Shown: positions 58,966 to 64,000 of the stretch, in pieces
Layout: every line of letters begins with the position of its first letter
How positions within the stretch are numbered: position 1 is the stretch's first letter
Virus record (IMG/VR): IMGVR_UViG_3300011977_000001
Reading direction: 5' to 3' (one strand)
Origin: a virus
Length of the DNA: 64,000 nucleotides
Notes under the pieces: model-generated
The model's database searches: none
What the model saw: the letters and a program-made list of their open reading frames with translations, nothing else
Told to the model about the DNA's origin: nothing
Translations under genes and position numbers: made by a program

Positions 58966-60372
58966 TTAAACTGCGCTGTATCTGAATGTGTAATTCAGAT
59001 AAATCTTTTCCAGAGAATCGAGGTCGTCAAGAGCGATCAGGAACCATGCAGAGTCACCCTGATGCGGTCTGTCTGGATCCTCAATGAACGAATAGCCGGC
59101 CTGAATCTTTCCTTCTGCGAACATTGCATCCAGAACATCGGTTCCGAGCTTTATGACATTTGCAATTCCATCATCGTCATTGTCGATTCTTCCTGACAGC
59201 GGGTCGAGTGTTCTGTCGATACGGTCCATCGCTTCCTGACGAACCTTTACACGGCGAATCTTCTTCCAGCCTGCATCCTGATCACTGTTCGGATTGACCA
59301 GTGTAGTAACACCGGACTCAACTCTGACAGTGCCATCAGCAGCAGAGCTGAACATTACGCAGCCGTGCTGGATAGCCTCTATGTGCTGAGAATCGGTAAG
59401 GACCTCTCCCAGGTCTTCCATGTCAGTGACAGTCGCATGTACGATCGAGTCATTGGACGGAGTAGAAGCGATCATTCCAGCCACAATAGCCGCTGCTTCA
59501 TAACCCTCAACCAGGTCTCCGTCTGTGTCGATTGCGGAACCGCCGACATAAACCACGTTCTCATCATTGAATGCTGCTGAATGCTGGATTCTGGTCTTAA
59601 AGGCAACGCTCTTCGGTTCACCAACAACTGCGATAAACAGAGCTCCCAGGGACTTCATTCTTGTAACGAACGCATGAACCAGGGTGTGAACCGCCGGGTC
59701 GCCTGAATCTACACACAGAACATTGAAGCGATACGCTTCCAGAAGTGAAAGCGCAGTGCTGTAATTTTCTGTCTTAGTAGTCGGGTTCGTTCCTGCGGTA
59801 ATCGATGCCTGAGTAACATCAGCGATCTTTCCGGTCGCACCATCAGCTGTCTTTGCGGTGAATACTGCTGAATACTGATTGACTGCATCAACCAGGTTCT
59901 GAATTTCGCTGTCGCCGGCAACAAAATTGACCTTCTCGATCACAGTCGTTCCTTCATAAACGATCAGTTCCTTCATTCCTGCGTCTGCAAGAGTAGACTG
60001 AATCGTAACCTTGAAAGCACGATCAGACGGATACTTTGTGCTCAGGGTTACAGCAACCTTTTCGCCTGCCTTAACCTCATAACTTCCTGAAGTACCATCA
60101 GCGCCGACACGAACAACTCTCAGTTTGTTCGCTCCTGCCTGAAGTGCCCGGAACGCCACCTTCTTGACGCTATCGCTCTTGCCGTAAAGTTCTTCGAGCT
60201 CTGCCACGGTAGTGATCTCGTCACCAACTCCCAGAGGCCCCCAGTCTGCCTGGATGACTGCTGCGACAGTACCATCGTCTGCGCCTGCGACAACACCCAC
60301 GCTAGTGGTGGTGTATCTGCGGTACACGCCTGGTCTGACCTTTGTTTCACCGACTGTGTATAAAGATGCCAT
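58966..60372 (-). CDS. tail sheath protein (XkdK-like)
   Basis: 468 aa, gene order, ..PGVYRRYTTTS.. N-terminal pattern of sheath proteins. Confidence 0.8.
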   Translation of the reverse strand: MASLYTVGETKVRPGVYRRYTTTSVGVVAGADDGTVAAVIQADWGPLGVGDEITTVAELEELYGKSDSVKKVAFRALQAGANKLRVVRVGADGTSGSYEVKAGEKVAVTLSTKYPSDRAFKVTIQSTLADAGMKELIVYEGTTVIEKVNFVAGDSEIQNLVDAVNQYSAVFTAKTADGATGKIADVTQASITAGTNPTTKTENYSTALSLLEAYRFNVLCVDSGDPAVHTLVHAFVTRMKSLGALFIAVVGEPKSVAFKTRIQHSAAFNDENVVYVGGSAIDTDGDLVEGYEAAAIVAGMIASTPSNDSIVHATVTDMEDLGEVLTDSQHIEAIQHGCVMFSSAADGTVRVESGVTTLVNPNSDQDAGWKKIRRVKVRQEAMDRIDRTLDPLSGRIDNDDDGIANVIKLGTDVLDAMFAEGKIQAGYSFIEDPDRPHQGDSAWFLIALDDLDSLEKIYLNYTFRYSAV

Positions 60373-60632
60373 CAGCCTTCTACCTTCCTTTCTCCAAATT
60401 CCTCAACCATTCTCTTTGCTTCCTCAATCGTTGCCGCTCCTACAATTCCCTTATAGTGGAAAGCAGCCCAGACCATATCTTTCGTGCTTCCGATCACTTC
60501 TGGGTGTTCGTAGAAGTCTTCAAACGGATAGAGTTTGAGCGGCTTCTTCTCGGTTTCCTTCGGAACCTGTGCTTCAACAACGTCCTTCTGGACGGTTTCT
60601 GCTTCATTGCTCTTCTTCGACATAGCTTTCAC
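60372..60632 (-). CDS. hypothetical structural protein
   Basis: 86-aa ORF overlapping the sheath start (ATGA). Confidence 0.55.
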   Translation of the reverse strand: MKAMSKKSNEAETVQKDVVEAQVPKETEKKPLKLYPFEDFYEHPEVIGSTKDMVWAAFHYKGIVGAATIEEAKRMVEEFGERKVEG

Positions 60633-60642
60633 TCCATTTCGT

Positions 60643-61503
60643 TCATCGAACTATTATATTTTTAAGCGGTGTCCCACCGAACTGAGTAAGTATTCCGTAG
60701 GTACCGGTAATCGTGATTTGCCCGGTTTTCAGCTGATCTGCACCCATCTGAGTGTCTGTTCTGTTCACCATCATTGGCGAATCATCGGGCATTGTGATTC
60801 GCTGTCTTCTGATTGCGATTGCTTCCAGCAGCATTTTTGCGATCGTTGACCTGGTTGTCAGGTCCGGAGCTATGATATGAACCATCAGGGTTGCATCGTA
60901 CCACTGAGTGAAGTATGTATTCGGCCTGCTGCTGTCGCTGAGATTTCTCAGTCTCACATACAGGACCGGTTTCTCATCAGTCGCCTCGAACACTTCCGGA
61001 AGATTGTCCTGCCCAATTACAATGTAATCAGGGAAGAGCTTCTTCACGAATGAATCAACGGCTGTAACCGGGCACGGATAGTTCAAATGTTGTACAGGAA
61101 GTGCAACGACATCAAATACCATCGTGACTCCTGCGATCTGATCTCCCGATTCCGGGGTGGTGAACGGAGTATTTGTGCGCCAGTTCACTGCGATCGTGTT
61201 CTCCGCATCTGCAAAAAACTTCTGATCAAGTGCCTTATGCACAATCGGCTCGATGTTTTCCAGAAAAACGTCAGGTGTAATATACACATCCAGCGTCAGA
61301 GTTCCTGAAATTTCTCGTTCAGGGTCATCCTGCATATCGAGCCCAAAAATGATTCGTGGATATTGAGTCTGACCATCATTCCAATTCTCATCTATCGCTG
61401 CCGGTGCTTCTCGGTTGAAAATCGCCGGCGTATCAGCATACTTCGCAAGCAGGTCCGTGATCTCCGTATTTTTTGTTAGGTACTTGTAAATGACTTCATC
61501 CAT
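60643..61503 (-). CDS. tail completion/terminator-like protein
   Basis: 286 aa; N-terminal ..YLTKNTEITDLLAKY...YPRIIFGLD.. resembles DUF3168-type tail completion proteins; position. Confidence 0.5.
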   Translation of the reverse strand: MDEVIYKYLTKNTEITDLLAKYADTPAIFNREAPAAIDENWNDGQTQYPRIIFGLDMQDDPEREISGTLTLDVYITPDVFLENIEPIVHKALDQKFFADAENTIAVNWRTNTPFTTPESGDQIAGVTMVFDVVALPVQHLNYPCPVTAVDSFVKKLFPDYIVIGQDNLPEVFEATDEKPVLYVRLRNLSDSSRPNTYFTQWYDATLMVHIIAPDLTTRSTIAKMLLEAIAIRRQRITMPDDSPMMVNRTDTQMGADQLKTGQITITGTYGILTQFGGTPLKNIIVR

Positions 61504-61906
61504 AGTACGGTGCCTCGAAAATCTGCTTTATCATCGGTTCTGACTGATCTTTGATCTTCTGGAAATGCGGTCTCGCAGCAATCTTTGAATTACCATATTC
61601 CAGGTAAGTTGAAAGAAGATGACCATTGCGGACCGTTCTTCCGTTCTTAACCTGAATCACTACCGTAACAGCTCGATTGGATTCGCCGGCAACCCGGTTC
61701 TCACCTTTCATCGCCGCCCGGTATTGTCCGGTCCGGACACCAGGCGGATTCCCTGGTGCTGAAGGACTAGGGTTCGTTACAACCTGCTGTGCGGTCTGCT
61801 GAGTGTTCTGCGCAGCCTTAGCCGCCCTGGTCTTCACTCCCGAGATGATAGTCCTGTCGATTTTCTCCCTGATCTCCATCAGCTGCACTGACGGCCTTTG
61901 AGCCAT
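61496..61906 (-). CDS. HK97 gp10-like head-tail protein
   Basis: ..YLEYGNSKIAARPHFQ.. signature. Confidence 0.65.
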   Translation of the reverse strand: MAQRPSVQLMEIREKIDRTIISGVKTRAAKAAQNTQQTAQQVVTNPSPSAPGNPPGVRTGQYRAAMKGENRVAGESNRAVTVVIQVKNGRTVRNGHLLSTYLEYGNSKIAARPHFQKIKDQSEPMIKQIFEAPYYG

Positions 61907-62255
61907 ATTGCAGGTCCTTTCTCTCGTTCAGTCTGTACGCAGTGAAATGACCGAGTTCTCCGTGATCGTGGAATGTTTCTACCCGGAACATCCGATTTCC
62001 TTCCAACATGAACAGATAGTCATTTTGCTGCAACTGCGGGCCTCCGAACGTGACCAGTGTGTGTGAAACTTCGAGACCGTTCTGCTTGTAAGTTTCCCGT
62101 TCGGTCGGATTGATCTGAGACAACATTCCGTAAATTACGGTCCCGGTGTCTTCAAATTTCGCTGCCTTTCCGACCGCTCCCGCAGCAGAAACCATCGTTT
62201 TACGCTTCAGCAGCTTAAACTCTTTATGTCCCTGCCACGGTACAATGAACGGCAT
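61818..62255 (-). CDS. head-tail adaptor / head closure protein
   Basis: 145 aa; ..YLFMLEGNRMFRVETFHDHGELGHFTAYRLNE.. pattern; 3' end overlaps the next gene by 89 nt. Confidence 0.55.
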   Translation of the reverse strand: MPFIVPWQGHKEFKLLKRKTMVSAAGAVGKAAKFEDTGTVIYGMLSQINPTERETYKQNGLEVSHTLVTFGGPQLQQNDYLFMLEGNRMFRVETFHDHGELGHFTAYRLNERKDLQYGSKAVSAADGDQGENRQDYHLGSEDQGG

Positions 62256-62268
62256 TTCGTTTCACCTC

Positions 62269-62679
62269 TTAGTCTTCATGCGGATAATTCATGTTTGTCT
62301 GCATATTCTTGTGGAAGTAGTGCGGATCACTCGGGCCATAGTAAGAACCGTACACAGCTGTCGGCACTCCGCTGGAAAGTTCCTTTTTCAGCTCTTTTCG
62401 CATCTGCCTCCACCTTTCCGCTCTTGAATCGAGACTGTACGAGAGACCATCAACTGACGTATTCACCTCAAATGAAAGTCTCATCACGATTGCGTCCAGG
62501 CATTTCAGCTTTGCTCGCTTCCAGTTAGTCGGGTGCTCACTGATCATCTGTGCATATTCTTCATCACACAGTGCAGCAGTCGCCTTCCCGCCTTCCACAA
62601 TCGTGTCGCCCAGTTCAAATCTCATTCGGTTTACACCTCCTGAAATCTGAGACGGGTCATATGTGTACGTTCCAGCCAT
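62269..62679 (-). CDS. head-tail connector protein
   Basis: 136-aa ORF between capsid-associated and adaptor genes. Confidence 0.5.
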   Translation of the reverse strand: MAGTYTYDPSQISGGVNRMRFELGDTIVEGGKATAALCDEEYAQMISEHPTNWKRAKLKCLDAIVMRLSFEVNTSVDGLSYSLDSRAERWRQMRKELKKELSSGVPTAVYGSYYGPSDPHYFHKNMQTNMNYPHED

Positions 62680-62683
62680 GCCC

Positions 62684-62989
62684 TTATGCCCCTACTTTCT
62701 TCCTGCCGCCCCTCTTGCCGGTTTTGGCCGGCTGAGAGGGTACTTCTTTGGGTACATCGCTTTCAGGCTTTTCTGGGGCTTTCTGAGCGGTCTGAGCGGA
62801 ATCGGATTTCTCCTCCTCCGCCTCGTTTGCCTTTTCATCAGTCTTCGGCTTTTCACCATCGACCTCAGCGATCATGCCCCACCTGATCAGCGCAGAAACC
62901 CTCGATTTAACGATTGCCTCCTCCGGAATAGACTCTCCTACACGGAAAGTCTTTCCTCCGAAGTGGCACGGTTTCTTGGCAATATACAT
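62684..62989 (-). CDS. hypothetical head-associated protein with Lys/Glu/Pro-rich tail
   Basis: 101-aa ORF immediately after the major capsid gene. Confidence 0.55.
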   Translation of the reverse strand: MYIAKKPCHFGGKTFRVGESIPEEAIVKSRVSALIRWGMIAEVDGEKPKTDEKANEAEEEKSDSAQTAQKAPEKPESDVPKEVPSQPAKTGKRGGRKKVGA

Positions 62990-63008
62990 TTAATTCACTC
63001 CTTCACCA

Positions 63009-64000
63009 TCAAACGCAGTCAGACAGGAACGCACCCAGGTCCTGAGAAGTAACCTTCATATCCATAGACATAAGGCCCTCAATGTACTCGGAATGAGTTC
63101 CGTTCTCGCCGGTCCACTGCAGAACCGGAAGATAATTGCCATCTCCCAGCGGATCCCATGTGAAGATGTAGCCTGCGGACGGCTCTTCGATAGACGGTGC
63201 ATCGGTAGCGTACAGAAGCAGTGCCCCCTTCGGGTCGCAGATGAAATCCATCTGACCATCAGCACCGGTCTTTGCCTTATTGACGATCGAGTCAAATACG
63301 ACAACCTTATCGACTCCAAACAGGGTTGCGAGAACATTCTCGTTTGCCTGAGCCGGGTTAGAAGACGAGCCCTGGCCGGTAACACGCTCGATGATTGACG
63401 GATGATTGATCAGTGCGTTGTAGGTTTCCTCACCAAGACCCAGCTTATTCGGCTTGCGGCCCTTCTTCTTCAGGTCAGAAATCAGATTGCGGAAAAACGG
63501 AATCGGTTCAGAGTTGGAATCGCTGAACTTCACGAAGCTATTGGAAGCGGATGCGTTATCAGCTCCAGCCATGTCGGTTCCCCACACGCCCTTCTTGAAG
63601 AACTTCTCAGCGAAGAGAATATCCTGATGAATAGCCATCTGCTGAGAAATTGTCTTGGTCTTCATGTTCTGCTTGTTCATGAATGCCGGTGCATTGGTTC
63701 TTGCATAGTTGATCTGCTCAATCTGGTCAATGCCAAGGATGATCTGCTCAACGGTGCAGTCGTAAACGCCAGTCTCATGTGCGATCTGAGCCGGGTCAAC
63801 CTTGCCGAACTGAGGTTTTGCATGAACGTTGTCACGCAGCAGGTCTTCTTTGGACCAGATGTAGTAAGATGCGCTGGACAGTCTTACCGGAAGAATCGGG
63901 AACAGGGACTTTGCCGGTCTGTTCTGCTCATTCTGGAAATAAGCCATCGCCATAGTTGTCAGGTAAATATTGGGATTAAAAGCTCCCTTTGCGATTGCGG
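63009..64000 (-). CDS. major capsid protein (5' end beyond right edge)
   Basis: Frame stays open from 63954 to 64000 (..AIAKGAFNPNIYLTTMAMAYF..), so the listed ATG 63953 is internal; size, position and composition fit a major capsid protein. Confidence 0.7.
   Translation of the reverse strand, partial: AIAKGAFNPNIYLTTMAMAYFQNEQNRPAKSLFPILPVRLSSASYYIWSKEDLLRDNVHAKPQFGKVDPAQIAHETGVYDCTVEQIILGIDQIEQINYARTNAPAFMNKQNMKTKTISQQMAIHQDILFAEKFFKKGVWGTDMAGADNASASNSFVKFSDSNSEPIPFFRNLISDLKKKGRKPNKLGLGEETYNALINHPSIIERVTGQGSSSNPAQANENVLATLFGVDKVVVFDSIVNKAKTGADGQMDFICDPKGALLLYATDAPSIEEPSAGYIFTWDPLGDGNYLPVLQWTGENGTHSEYIEGLMSMDMKVTSQDLGAFLSDCV

Noticed and set aside
1-64000. Host flanking DNA, prophage ends, tRNA, tmRNA or rRNA genes
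   Set aside because: Phage-type genes run to both window edges and on both sides of the integrase. I found no cloverleaf-like or rRNA-like sequence by eye, but this cannot replace a tRNAscan/Infernal run.

Overview
The whole 64-kb window reads as one temperate, contractile-tailed phage or prophage with Firmicutes/Clostridia-style GGAGG ribosome-binding sites. I recognised no host flank, rRNA, tRNA or CRISPR array. Nearly all genes are on the minus strand. In transcription order (right to left): major capsid (5' end beyond the right edge) and head-tail connector genes (64.0-60.4 kb); a PBSX/Xkd-like tail module with sheath, tube, chaperone (-1 frameshift), 1820-aa tape measure, LysM and baseplate genes (60.4-46.8 kb); tail-fibre genes ending in a complete diversity-generating retroelement (DGR; 46.8-42.3 kb); a secreted Ig-like/zincin protease gene, three holin-like genes and a multidomain endolysin (42.2-38.4 kb). 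Next comes a ~16-kb block of about 45 small early/accessory genes in several promoter-terminator units (37.8-21.9 kb), including two DNA methyltransferases, a degenerate Hint domain, antirepressor, dUTPase, Lar-like protein, DUF4406, P-loop kinase, SleB-like hydrolase, DUF5131, HNH and HU. Then plus-strand accessory genes and an RHH-led operon (21.8-19.2 kb); serine integrase plus CI-like repressor on the plus strand (18.7-16.5 kb); Cro-like/XRE, RecT plus nuclease, replication, RusA and ParB-methylase genes (16.4-7.2 kb); an amidoligase / gamma-glutamylcyclotransferase (GGCT) / ADP-ribosylglycohydrolase (ARH) operon (7.0-3.4 kb); and a mosaic cassette region with a circularly permuted, frame-split C5 cytosine methyltransferase (3.2-0 kb). 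Most noteworthy: the DGR with adenine-only TR/VR differences, the permuted C5 methyltransferase with an A7 tract at its frame junction, the repeated LISRQAAID leader cassettes, and the amidoligase operon. All functional calls rest on motifs read by eye from the ORF translations. No database or profile search was possible, and start codons I moved are justified only by RBS inspection.
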